From Geosiphon pyriformis uo1 (Eukaryota; Fungi; Glomeromycota), in contig JAAOMT010000647.1 in assembly GCA_016748015.1 (NCBI GenBank), positions 252,880 through 316,879 of the forward strand: 64,000 bases of DNA, written 5' to 3'. This document shows, piece after piece, positions 37,093 through 49,695 of this stretch. Every line of letters begins with the position of its first letter. Position 1 is the stretch's first letter. A model generated the notes under the pieces. The model saw only the letters and a program-made list of their open reading frames with translations. It was not told where the DNA came from and ran no database searches. Both the position numbers and the translations under genes were made by a program.

Positions 37093-40000
37093 CTACACAC
37101 CTATATGCACAGAAACTGGATCTCCAATATCTGAAAAAAATGGACAAAACTTACGAAACCCGAAACCAACTCCAAAAGCCTCAGCCACCTCCAGCAATCT
37201 GACCATACCAGCCGAAAACACTTTAGGCAAACCAGAAACCGAAGCAGGAGCGGAGCCATCATGTGAAATCAAACCGTGCTTTTCCATAAACGCTCGGTGT
37301 CTGGCCCGGACTAACCAAACATCATCCCGAAATGCTAGACAAAACTCATGCACAAAGCTTACAATCCTCTTAGCACCCTCCTTAGAATCTTTAAAGACTG
37401 AGACAGACTCATGAAACCATTCATCGAAAACAAAGTCCTTACACAGAGCAACACCAACTCCAACCTCAAAAACACAAGAAGCCAATGCCTGAAGAAGAGC
37501 GAGACAGACCAAAAAAAGCCACCCAAGCCGAAGCATGTGCGCCCAACAACCGAGCACGGCCTACAGCATCCTGAGGACACGAAAAGACATGATCCAAGGT
37601 CTCAACGTCACCACAAAACAGACAGATCACATTGGGGTATCTCCTATTATATAAATGCTTGTGCACAGCAACAGGAAGCCAATAATGAAGAGTCTTCATA
37701 AAGTAAGTACGACAGCCTGCCATGCGCATGCTGGTAAAACCGGATGCCAAGTAAGAATTGAGGTGCCACACCATAGAAGACTTAGACCAATTGATATCAG
37801 CACATAAACTATCATCCACAACATGAGAACCAACTCCAATCTCCCAACGAGCTCGATGAACTGACTGGAAAACATCACGAACAAAGTGTCTAGAGTTACC
37901 AGAAACTGCCGTATCACCAGCACATAGAAAACGTTCACTGACTAAATGAGGTAGGCACCAAGCAGAGAAAGCAGCACTTTTGGCAAGCGTATCAGTATGC
38001 TCATTGCCTGAGACACCTGAATGACCTTTGACCTTAACCCAATTCACATCCAAATTCTTTTGACGAATGACGGTGGCAATGTAATGATGCTCGATCCAAC
38101 AGTGGTTCCTAAAATCCAGACAAACCAGTAAAAACTTCGACCTACATGCATCCAACGCAGCCTGGCTATCCGAGAACAAGTCAATCAAATGAGAAAAAGG
38201 AACACACTCAAGGGCCAAAGCTATGGCCTGCAGTTCTGTTAGAGTAGAAAAAACCAAACCAGACACCCCAACATCCAAATCCAAGTTAATGTCTTCAAAA
38301 AAAATGACAGCACCTGCTTTCATGTCAACAATGCCCAGACCAGAAAGAAATCCATCCATATACACAGAAAGGCGGGCAGCATCAATGGTCAGCAAAGTAT
38401 CACGAATCACACCAAAATTATGAGAAAGATGAATATCAGACACAGCATGACCATCCACCAAAGAAGAACTTGAGGAGAGAGGCACGACACTACCAAAAAA
38501 GCGAACGGAAAGATTAAACCAGAAAGGGACTGGGCCACGAGGGTCCAGCCTCTTCCAACACTTGAAGGTCCCCCAACTGAAAACATTACCATTACGGTCA
38601 CGAAGCTGTTCCACGAAAGCAATTCCATAACGCCTGAGCGAAGGGATGCACTTGAAAAAACAGGATTCACCAAGAACCAAAGACATAGGAGTACTGCACT
38701 GACAATGAAAAGCACAAGCTAGAGGACCTCCCAAAGACAAATCACACCCAGAAAAAATGTGAACCACACCCGCCAAAAAATTATCTGAGGGATTGATACC
38801 AACATGAGCCAGAAACAGCAAGAGATGATGAGGACGCCAGCTGAGAACCTGGAGGTCATGATACCTATGAGAAAACAAGTGATCCAGGATACCAGTAGAA
38901 TTTGCAAAAGCAACAACGGAGGCCGATTTACTTTCAGCCTGGATCTGTTCGAAAGTTTTTAAATTGTACAAAGAGGGGTGATAAAGTGTATCACTGGGAA
39001 AATTACGTGACAACCCAGACTTGGACTTCAAGACCTTGCATACCAAAGCATCCCATTTACTACAAACACCAACAGAAACGAAACTGAACTGAATCCTGTA
39101 GCAGATGATAGGGAAGAGAACTGCAGACACCAAATATGCACACTGTTTGTCCGAAATCATCTTTCTCAAAACAAGATTCACAAAAAACCACACATCAGCC
39201 TGAGCTTTAGCCAAGCTAGGCTTCAAAAGACCCTCAGAAGACAAAAAAATACCCAAATAGCGATGAGATTCCCCTCTCTTGGCAATGGAAATAGGCACAC
39301 CACTGATAATCAAATAAGGATCCAGCACCCGACAATTGATGGGGATGGCCACCGTTTTGTCATTGTTCACAGAAATATTATTAAACCTAAAAAACTCACT
39401 AGCCACATCAAAGATGCATTGTGTAGCAGCCTGGCTGCTACCAACCCAAATAGTATCATCGACAAAAGCACCGGCAGCAAGAAACGAAGACAGCCCAGCT
39501 TGAGGATCCACCCGGCCAGTTCTTGATATGAAATGAGAATTCAACCTGTAGCCATACACACTATCTTGTCTCTTGACCTTGCACAAAAGTGAATCATAAA
39601 AAGTATGCCAAAGAAGAGGTGAGAAGACTTCTCCCTGATCCAGTCCATTGTGAACACAATACCCATCAGTCAAGCCAAAGTCAGTCATCACTCTGTTGAC
39701 ACGACCATTGTAAATACTGCCAAAAAATCTAATAAATCTGTTACACATTTTGATCCTGACTAGACTCCTCCTAAGATGTTCCCAACCTACCGAGTCATAA
39801 GCCTTGTGCATGTCCTGTAAAACCAGCCAAAGTTCACGGTTCTTCTCCAAGGCATCCTCAACCACAGAACTGATAGCAAAAATGGGAGATTGTGTCATCG
39901 TACCCTTCAAAACCGAAAAATTGTCCCCACGAAGAACATCAAAAGTGCTGCAAGCCAAAGAGATCCTATCTGAAAAGATCTTGGAGAGAATTTTGCGGGC

Positions 40001-41770
40001 TGTTTCAATTAAAGCTATAGGACGGATGTTCGTGAGAACTCCCTCCCATTCATATGGTTTAGGAATCATAGAAACCCAGGCTTCTCTCCAAGGCCCAGGG
40101 ACCAACTCGCCAACCAAACAGGAATTCAAAAGCACCAAAAGCATATCCAAAACAGATTTGTCACAATGTTTCTATAATTTGTTGGAGATACCAGAAAGAC
40201 CAGCCACTTTTCCATCAGGAAGATCCTCAATAACAGCTGACAACTCATCAAAATTAATCAAACACATGACATTAGAAAAAGCACCATCGAACACGTAATC
40301 CAGAGGCCGATATTGACAAGCCCAATCCACAGACAAGTCAGACACCACCTCACGTTTTCTGGTCCATTCCTCCATAATTTTGTCCACCTTAGACTTAACC
40401 AAATTAGGCTTCAAAATCAACTTATCATCCACAACCAGATGATTCAAGACCACCTTGCAAAACGGACACTCCAAGACACTCCTAATGGTGTAACCCTTGT
40501 TCAGCTCAAAACTCTCCATTCTCCTATTAACAGTCTGTTTGATAGAGGATTCCTCAGTGCGCTTAGATTCCGATAATTTAAGAGAGCGGTATGATTTTCT
40601 TGCTTTGGCCAGCGCAGAACGAATAAGATCAAAATTAGAACCTGAAAGAAACAGAGACTTAACCATCAATGCACCAGGGGAGTCGAGTCTGTACCACATC
40701 TCTAACAAAGAAGCAAAACCATCACTAGAAGCCAAACGCAAAGCCCTGACCAACTTAGAAACCAGCAGCTCCAGCTTGTGAAACCTAGAAGAAGTCTTGG
40801 TAAACACACCATCAAAACCTTTGAACCATTTTTTCTTAAATGTACTACCCGCTGAAAGAACCAAAATCTTGCAAACAATGTCCCACATAGCGTCCACATC
40901 TGAAAATCTTACTGCCACCCCAAAAGCATCCGAGAACATGGAGACATTAGCAGCTGAAGCATCCTTGAACTCCAACCACTTAGCTTTACTGGCACTCTTG
41001 ATATCAAACTTCCAACGATCTTTATTCGTTTGCTTGTGAAGAGAATTCAAATGCATATCCAAGAGCCCGCCCAAACCCAAATCCACTAAAACAGCTTGAT
41101 AGTCCGTGTTAAAATGCTCATTGACATTCAAAACCTCATGATGCACTATCGCATTAACAAGACTTGAGGAGACAAACACATAATCAATTGTTTTCCTAAC
41201 ACCCTTAGAATTTTCCCAAGTGGGCATTTTTGCAGCCGGGCTACCAACTAAAGAATTGACCAGACCCAAATCAAAGCATCTTTTGAAACTTGCACATTTA
41301 TGAGAGCCATCTTCATTAAAATCACCACCGAGAATGATGAAAGAAGATTCGTTGACAGCCTTTGCAATAAGAGAATTGATTTCACCAGCCTGAGAGAACT
41401 GAACCACTAAAGAAGCACCAGTATAAAGCCCCAAAATTGACACAGAAAGTTTACCCTTGAAAAGTAATTTAATGGAAAGGAGCCAACCAGGCACCTCAGA
41501 AATCTTGCATACATGACGAGCCAAAGAAATGTCCATGATAACAGCAACACCTGCACCCAAGTGACCGGAGTCCAAACCAGAAGAGAACACTTGGACACCA
41601 TTGAACTTGTCTGCAATCCACGGACGAACCCTACTTCTTAATTTCGTTTCAGTAACGATAGTGACCAAATTGTTCATTTCCTTATGCCACCTAATAATGT
41701 CCTCTTACTTAGCGGAATTGTTCATGCCCCTGACATTGCACGTAGCAACTTTCCAGACTAAACTGCTCAT
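37093..41770 (-). pseudogene. LINE-C ORF2: AP endonuclease, RT, RNase H, C-terminal zinc finger (a few stops and a distal frameshift/deletion)
   Basis: ATCNVRG, ETK, GGDFN, IDYVF (APE); RPIALIE, QDMHKAYD, QGEVFSP, FVDD, YLGI (RT); VYMDG, ELQAI, SDSQ, KVKGHSG.SGNE..D (RNase H); CLFC..HVFSC. Confidence 0.93.
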
Positions 41771-43560
41771 TGGGTGAGAGGTAGAGAAACCGAAAATGCA
41801 CCTATACTATCCACTTTGGCCGAAAGACCCAGAACTGTCTCTATTAGACACTTCATGCTGTCTTCCAACTTAGACACTGAAGACATATCAAAAGACACTG
41901 CTCCCACAACATTCCCACCACTAGTGGACACACCTGAACCCTCACTCATCACTACATCCGCCCCTTGCTCCTGTGATGAAGGGGTCACCAACGGCTGACA
42001 TCCAGGGCTAGGCTGGGGAACCGTTGGCCCAAGTGCATCCAACCTCATAGCCAGCTTATCAACCTGCTCCACGAGGCTGGCGAGACTGCGCTCAAGAGCG
42101 GCGAACCTATTATTGACTTCCATCACAACCTGTTGGGACGGCTTCATCTCCGAAGAGGAGCCATTATTCACCACAACGTTCTGACCAGAGAGGGGGGGCG
42201 AAAAACACCCATGAGCAACCTTTGCCCAAGAGAGACCACCAAAAGAGACCGGATGGGCAACTGGAGCCGAGCGTTTGGCATAGATGTTCGCTAGCCTGCT
42301 TTTATCCGTATCCGAGAAAACCCTACACAGCGAACTACCAGAAGAAAATTTCCCACCAACTGCACAATCCAATGACGTGTGATCCAATTTCTCACACTTG
42401 GCGCATTTAGCAAAAATGAGACAAGACCAGTGGAGATTGGTGTTCCTGAGTACTGGTGTGGTTCCCACAGCAGCATCCAATGATTCAGCAGAATCGAAGC
42501 AAACAACAGCACACCTGGTCCGAGCATACATAACAGAATGACAATCAATGACGCACATTTTCTCACCCACAGATCTAACAAAGTCCCAGATATCATGAGC
42601 GGTGGTTTCTATTGGCAATATGTAGAGCAGTGCCTTATGTTGGTCTCTTACATTCCACGCTTCCTTGTCCGAATTAGCCCTAGCCACACGTACAGCATCT
42701 TTCCCGATTAAGATGAACCACTCAGCTGCGGCCAAATCAGCTTGATCCGATCGTTCAAATTCCACTATCGCCTTCTGCCACAGCCCAATTAACTGCATCT
42801 TAATCACCTTAATAACTCCAAACTCGGATAGCACAGCGCACACAGCCTCAGCCAATGTTCCAACTGGAATTTCTTTCACGATCACAGTCTGATCTGATCA
42901 TCCAGATGATCTCTTAAGATCGGTGTTTACCAAGATATTCGCACCAGTAGCCTTTTCAGTGGCCTTTATCAGACCCGATTCGGAAGTGAATATCACTCTG
43001 ATGATCCCTAAGAATTTTGAGGGGGTAGATGCCCCCCCAAAACCATTGATTCCTGAAAACAAACTTCTGATCTTTTTGAGCTTTTTTTGGGCTGAATTTC
43101 CTTCTACTGCTTTTAGATCCAAATCCAAAGCAAACGACTTTCTAACAGAAACATTGACCAGGTTCTTAAGAGAAGGGGGGAGTACCAGAGGGACATCCAA
43201 AAGAACATCATTATCATCATTGCCATCCAGGAAGTTGATCTTTCCCAAAGGCTTTCTCAATGCTTTCTTAGTTGTCAACCACAAACCTTTCGGCATTTGA
43301 TCCAAATCTCCACTGATGAGCACACCACCTTCACCATAATCGAAACTTGTTTCCTCTACAAAACACTCCTCTTCTATATTAACACTGTCAGATTCTGTGG
43401 TATCACCAGCCTCCGAACCTCATGAATAACCACTTTGCACCTTAGCAGAACTCACTTTAGCACCAATATTGTCTTCAAAAACACTGTCCCTTCTCTTTTT
43501 TCTTGACAGAACAGCCTTGAAACCACTCACAGCACCAGAACTTTCAACCATCTTTTTCAT
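41767..43560 (-). pseudogene. LINE-C ORF1: two RRM-like domains, CCHC knuckle, coiled coil (two premature TGA)
   Basis: IVKEIP..LSEFG..AIVEF (RRM-like), CAKCEKLDHTSLDC, and the heptad RFAALERSLASLVEQVDKLA. Confidence 0.85.
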
Positions 43561-43980
43561 GACAACAATACTAGGGCCAACAACGGCCTTGTAATCAAGC
43601 AGAAATGGTTTGGATTTATCGTACTGAATGGTAAAAAATTTCTTTCAAAAAACTTTTGATTCTTTTTCGGGATTTGTGGAGGAATGAGAGAAAGAAAGTT
43701 TTTTTTAATCCTTATTTTTATTATTTAATTTGGTTTTTATGTTAAAAAATATATTTATATTATTAAGAAATTTACTCAAAAACACATATATTTTTTTATC
43801 TAAGTATTTTATATTATTAACAAAAACTTATTAATTTTAAACAAAAATTCTATTAATAAAATCTTATAGAATTTTTTTGAATATTTTTTTTTAAATATAT
43901 TATTGTTTAAAATAATTGCCAAATTTATTACAAAGAGTTTTTTTCTTGAAAAATTGTAAAAGAAACAGCAAAAAAAAGAT

Positions 43981-44025
43981 TGTTTGGATCTCACTCGTTA
44001 ATTAATAAAAAAAAAAAAAAAAAAA
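43981..44025 (+). mobile_element. Minimal 5'-truncated LINE insertion (last ~17 nt plus poly(A))
   Basis: TGTTTGGATCTCACTCG is the exact reverse complement of 36981-36997. It is followed by an A run and flanked by AAAAAAAGAT on both sides. Confidence 0.7.
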
Positions 44026-44029
44026 GATA

Positions 44030-45340
44030 AAAATAAAAACTTTTTTAAAAATAATATTTTTTGAAATTATAAAAATAAATAAGAAAAAAAAGTTTTATAA
44101 AAATTTTTTTATTATTGTTTAAATAATTTAAAAAATCAAATTAGCCAAAAAACTATCTTTTCAAATTTTTGTTATGTTTAATAGTTAATTTTTTAAAGTA
44201 ATAATTTTTTTTTGTATTTCTAATATTAATTTTAGTGTTTTAAAGTCTGTTTTTTCTTTTATAAAAAATAAAACTTTAATTTTTATTTGTTTTTTTGTTA
44301 GTTTTGTATTATTTATATTAATTATGATGTTTAATTTTGTTATAATTGTAAATAAAATTTTTTATTTTATTTTAAAAAATAACAATAAAAACATATTAAT
44401 TAGTTTTAATTTAAATTAATTTTTGATTATATTATTTAATATATTAAATTTTAAACAAAACAAATTATGTTTTGTATATAATTTTAATTAATTAATTTAT
44501 TAAGTTATTTGATTATAAAAATTAAGTTAATTAAATAAAAACCAAATCTATGTTTTATTTTTTATTTTTTGAATTAAATTAAATTATTAAAAACAATATT
44601 AAGTTTTTTTATATAAAATTTGTATTTTAAATCTTTTTAAATATTATTATACAAATTAAATTTGTTAAATTGCTTTTTTTATTTTTAAAATTGCAAAGTT
44701 TTTTATATTGTTTGTCAGTTTTTTTTTTATTATTATTGTTTTTTACAATATTTTTTTTAATAATATTAAAACTGTTTTAAATAGTTTTGGTAAAATTATT
44801 GTTTTTTATAATATTTTAAAACAAAATTAATCAATTTTTTTTTGGCCGTACAGTCTTTAAAATTAATAAGTTGGTTTTTTAAATTTATAATTATATTTGT
44901 TTTATTTTCTGTTTTTTTAACTTTGTTTAATAATTAAAATATACAATTATTATTTTTGATTCTTATAAAAATCTAAAAACTATAATTAAAAAATTAATAT
45001 TTTGAAAAATATTGAATTTGGTAAAAATTTTTTGATTATTAGTGCTGTTTTAAGTGTTAAAATTCAGATTATTTTATTGCTAATTAGAAAATATTTCTAT
45101 TTTTCTTTTTAAAAATTTTTATTCTTATTTTGTTGGCTCTAAATTTTATTTTAAAACTTTTATTTTATTGGTTTTTTTATTGCTATATTTTTGGCTTTTT
45201 TTATTATTGTTATTATTATGAATTTTTGGTTGGTTTTAAGATAGTTTTCTTAAAATTTGAATTGATTATATTAATTTTATTAGTTAGGTTGTTTGTTGAA
45301 TTTATTGATGTTTTAATTACTTTTGAAATATACTGTAGTT
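44030..45340. repeat. Extremely AT-rich low-complexity tract, probably terminally decayed repeats
   Basis: Very few G/C. ORF 45130-45342 is compositional. Confidence 0.6.
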
Positions 45341-45752
45341 AAAAAGTTAATTAAGATTTTTAAAAGTAAAATAAGTAAGTTGTATAAAAAATATAATGTA
45401 TTAAAAACTAAAATTAGTGTTGTATCAAATAAAAAAATGGAATTTTTTGATAATGTAATTAATAAGAATACTTTTGTTCAAATAATGACTTTATAAGAGC
45501 TTCAAGTTTTTAATATCAAGCTTAGTAAAAAAAATATTGTCAAGTGAATAAGTGGAATAATTAATAATAATCATACTTTACTTTTACGCATAAGATATTT
45601 TTTCAATATAGGTTGTTTTTTTAAAGTCAATATAGTTTAGACTTAACTGGCTCAAGTGGTCAGTCATATGTAAAAAGCACATAAGTCATGGCTACTTGAA
45701 TTTTATGTTATAATTAGCAATTAGATTACATTTTGTTAAAGCATAAAAAAAA
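45340..45752 (+). mobile_element. Degenerate 3' fragment of a related LINE (left boundary uncertain)
   Basis: GACTTAACTGGCTCAAGTGGTCAGTCATATGTAAAAAG (45640-45677) resembles the LINE-B/C 3' UTR hairpin region and ends in an A run. Confidence 0.5.
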
Positions 45753-46586
45753 TATTTTTAAAGTATTTAATAAAATTATTATTTATTTTAAAAACTTAGT
45801 TGCAATTAATTTGGCTTTTATCTATTGGTTAATTTTTTTCTTTAAAAAAAATTGCTTTTAAAAATACTTTCGAAATCAAATTAAATCAATAATTTTTGGC
45901 TGTATAGCTTATAGTTATTTAAATCTAATTATTATTAAAGATATATAATTATAACTTTTTAATTTATATTTTTTAATTCCGTTATAATTAAAATTAATAC
46001 TTTAAAAAAAAAATTTGAAATTTTTAATTGCAAAAATTATTACAAATACCAATATTTAAATGTTTTAAAATCTCTGGTTTAAAAAACATTGTGCGAAACT
46101 AATTGGATAATTTTGTTTTATATGCTCATAAATTGGTTAATTGGTAAACCAGTTTACACAGCCATAGATTACATTTAAAAGTACAACAAAAAGGCTTGGA
46201 TAAATAAGTCTGAAAAAAATTGGAAAGAAAAAGGTAGCATTGGAAAAATTTGGTGTTTAATGTAGTCACATTTAGAAAAGAGCATTATGAAAGTAGATAG
46301 TGGAAGGACTACATTCGCATGAGCAAAAAAAAAACCAATATGTTGAATACAAAATTAATAAATTTGAAATTTTAAGATTTATGAATCTTGCATCACCCAA
46401 ATATTTTGCCGCTGAATGTGGGTGTCGCGCATTCAGGGTTCAAGAAACATAGTCTCTTTTAAAGGCCAAATCACTTCCATTCGTTTCAAAACCTTCACTT
46501 CTTTCAAAATTCTCCAAAATTTTAAGATATTCTCACCTTTTGCTTATAACCATAGAGGGATTCACATCACAGCTCATTTGCAAAAA

Positions 46587-48652
46587 ATGCCACCCAAGAA
46601 ACCAATAAAAGAGGAAAAGGTTCTTCTTGGTCGGCCAAGCAATAATTTAAAGATTGGGATTGTTGGACTACCGAATGTTGGGTAAGTGAGTTAACAAGAT
46701 ATTGAAAATTAGAAAACCTAACGATTTTTGAAAAATGGTTGCTATGGGAAAATAGCAGATAAACTATCAAAATTTGTCCCTTTTTGAAAATGCAAAAAAT
46801 CATTCTGATCATGGAGTGATTATTGGGCTTTTGAGGTCCAAGGATCATGCATGTTGAATGAAGGTCCAAGGTTTTAGTTACATTGGTACCCAAAAGTCAA
46901 TGGTTTAAGATACCAGAAATTTAATTCAGGTTACGGCGCTATAGCCACCATTTCAATCATCAAGCATGAGCTTGACAATAATCATTTGGCTAAAAGAACT
47001 AGAATATTTAATATTACTTTCAAGACTTCTTTAACAGTCTTTTCCCTTATTCTTCTCTAGTAAATCAACCTTTTTTAACGCCATCACAAATAGCGCTGTT
47101 GCAGCAGAGAACTACCCGTTTTGTACAATTGGTAAGATTAAAATCCTCCGATTATCATCCTTAACGTCTTGACTTGCAAAGAAATTCCCTTACAAACTTT
47201 ATTATCCCCCTTTAAAAGATCCTGAAGAATCCCGAGTGGCGGTTCCTGATGAACGTTTTGATTGGTTATGCGAATCATATCAACCTGCTTCTCGGGTTCC
47301 CGCCTACCTCACCGTGATCGATATTGCTGGCTTAGTAAAAGGTGCTGCTACGGGAGCTGGACTCGGGAATAATTTTCTAAGTCACATCAGAGCAGTTGAC
47401 GCCATTTTTCATGTTGTCCGCGGGTTTTCGGAGGAGGAGGTTATACATGTTGAAGGTGAACTCGATCCCGTCCGAGATCTGGAGATTATTCATAACGAAC
47501 TTCGTCTAAAAGATGAAGAATTCCTAACAAAACGACTAGAAGATTTGGCCAAGGTTACTGCACGCCTAGGAAAAGCCCCACCATCTGCTGTGGACAAAAA
47601 CAAGAAAGAGGAATTGGTAAAGTTTGAAGGGATTTTTGAAAATTCATCGTCATTTAATATATTAAATCTTAAATTATTTTCAACCAGGATGTAACCCAAA
47701 AACTTCTCCATCTTATTTCAGAAGAAAATAAGGATGTGCGAAAAGGAACTTGGACCAATAAAGAAGTATGTTCTTTAAACTCATTGAAAATTTTATTATG
47801 CTAAAAAGCCTCTCTTTCTTTCATAAAATTGGATGTAGGTGGAAATAATTAACACCCTTCAGCTAATCACTGCCAAACCCGTCATTTACTTGATCAACTT
47901 AAGCGAAAAGGATTACATTAGGAAGAAAAATAAATGGTAAGATCCCTAAAATAGCACTGGAGTTCCAACTGACAACATTCATTCACTTTATACGACAATC
48001 TCAATCCAGAAAATATTTACTCATCAACCTCTAAATAGGCTACCAAAGGTAAAGGCTTGGATTGATGAGAACAACCCTGGTGATTTGTTGATACCTTTTA
48101 GTGCTGGTCTAGAACATCGCGTCTCATTACTCTCTTCAGCCAAAGAAAAAGAAACATTGCTAAAAGAACTGAGTACTCAATCAGCGCTTCCAAGGATTAT
48201 AGTTGCTGGCTATCAAGCCCTTCAGCTCATGTATTTCTTCACCTGCGGTCCAGATGAAGTTCGTGCATGGACCATTCGGGTTAGCAGAGCTTTTATAAAT
48301 TTTCTTCCTCCATTATAATTTTCTTTTATTAATTTTGGAACAATATCTATATCATAGAAATTTACCAAAGCTCCTAAAGCCGCTTCAGTGTGAGCTTTTC
48401 AAATTATCGAAGTTTGATTTATGAGCTAGTAAATGATAATTTGACCTCTTCTCAAAACCACCATCTAGAATTCATACCGATCTTGAGAAGGGTTTTATTC
48501 TTGTAGAGACAATGCGTTATGACGACCTCAAGGAATTGAAAACGGAAAATGCCGTCAAGGCCGCTGGCAAATATCTGCAAAAAGGAAAGGAATATGTGGT
48601 TGAAGACGGTGATATACTATACTTCCGCTCGGGGCTAGCCAATAAGAAATGA
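46587..48652 (+). CDS. OLA1: Obg-like ATPase 1 (YchF/OLA1); exons 46587-46681, 47061-47131, 47219-47616, 47688-47766, 47839-47936, 48039-48279, 48358-48389, 48469-48652
   Basis: [31 protein letters not shown]4 motif NLSE, and TGS domain [20 protein letters not shown] introns keep the frame. Confidence 0.96.
46815..46986 (+). ncRNA. Candidate structured intronic RNA (H/ACA snoRNA-like) in OLA1 intron 1
   Basis: Long hairpin 46818-46905, ANANNA (ATACCA 46910-46915), a second hairpin region, then ACA at 46975. Ends ~75 nt before the 3' splice site of an unusually long intron. Confidence 0.45.
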
Positions 48653-49695
48653 GTATGACAAAATTAGATCAGTCATAGTCGTTTTGTTTAATTGATCGGC
48701 TGTGTAACTTCAATTTTTTTTAATGAATACGAATTGGTAAGCGGATTCCGACTCTCGGCGCAAGAGTTTTCAAACTAATCATTATTCACACTGTAAGATG
48801 GAGTTTTTTCAATTTTGAAAAATACAAAACATGGATTTTGATGAAAATTATTGATTCTGCAATTATAACCCGAGGCAAAAGCCACTAGTCGGTTAACTGA
48901 TTAGGGATAGACCTTTAATTTTCTTCGTAACACTTTAATCACCACTATTAACAGCTGGATGGCCAGTACTTATAGAAAAAAGCCCATGAAGAAATACAAG
49001 AATAAAGAGCAAAGAGTGACAAAAATGGTATAATATTATGAACATTGTATTTGGTTGTAAAAATAAAATTGTACGTTTTTTCATATTTTTTAAATACTAA
49101 AAAATTGGGTTCTTTTTAATATCTAAATTAAAATTCTAAGTAGTATTTTTAAGTTATTTTGATTAAAACATTTAAATTTAAAAAATTATAGATATTTAAC
49201 CAATTTTATTTTAAAACATAGTTTTTTTTCAAATATAAAAAAGCCAAAAATTCATTGTAAATTAAAAATTGTGTTTTTATTTTATGTTTTTTGCTTTTTG
49301 CAAATTTATTATTTAATTAATTCTAATTTTACTAATTTTTTGTTTTTAACTTTTAAATATAATAATTTTTTTGGTTTTAATATTTAAATTAACAGATTTG
49401 TTATTAATCTACATAATTAAATATATATTTTGGCCCTGTCATTTTTCATTTTGATTAATGTTTCAACATAAATTCTTGTAATTAAAACTCTTTCATTTTT
49501 ATAAACATGTTAGGCCACGTGTTTATTGACTAAAATTGCAATTTCAGCGTTTATTTTTTTCAGTCAACTTTAGATCGCCAAGGAAGGATTTCCAAGAATT
49601 CAAATAAAATTATTTGCTTATACTACTTCATGGTTCAGTACCAATCTCAAAAATTCAAAAGCAAATTCCTCAAAAGGATATTTTGTATTCATCAT

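Larger units (their letters stand above)
36953..43700 (-). mobile_element. LINE-C: full-length, lightly mutated non-LTR retrotransposon with poly(A) tail
   Basis: ORF1 and ORF2 nearly open, T-run at 36953-36979 (poly(A) on the sense strand), many CpG retained. Confidence 0.96.

Noticed and set aside
37037-43300. Many plus-strand ORFs opposite LINE-C
   Set aside because: Shadow frames of the GC-richer LINE ORFs with no independent motifs.
45895-46165. MITE with GGCTGT(A/G)TA terminal inverted repeats
   Set aside because: Only about 9 matching bases and no clear TSD.
46416-46586. N-terminal extension of OLA1 from an upstream in-frame ATG
   Set aside because: The homologue-like start MPPKK at 46587 has strong A-rich context, and there is no support for the extension without transcripts.
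47132-47218. U12-type intron in OLA1 (TCCTTAAC present)
   Set aside because: The donor is GTAAGA, not RTATCCTT, and the motif is too far from the acceptor.
49030-49500. AT island between OLA1 and PI31 as a transposon relic
   Set aside because: Plausible, but no termini, TSD or homology visible in the window.
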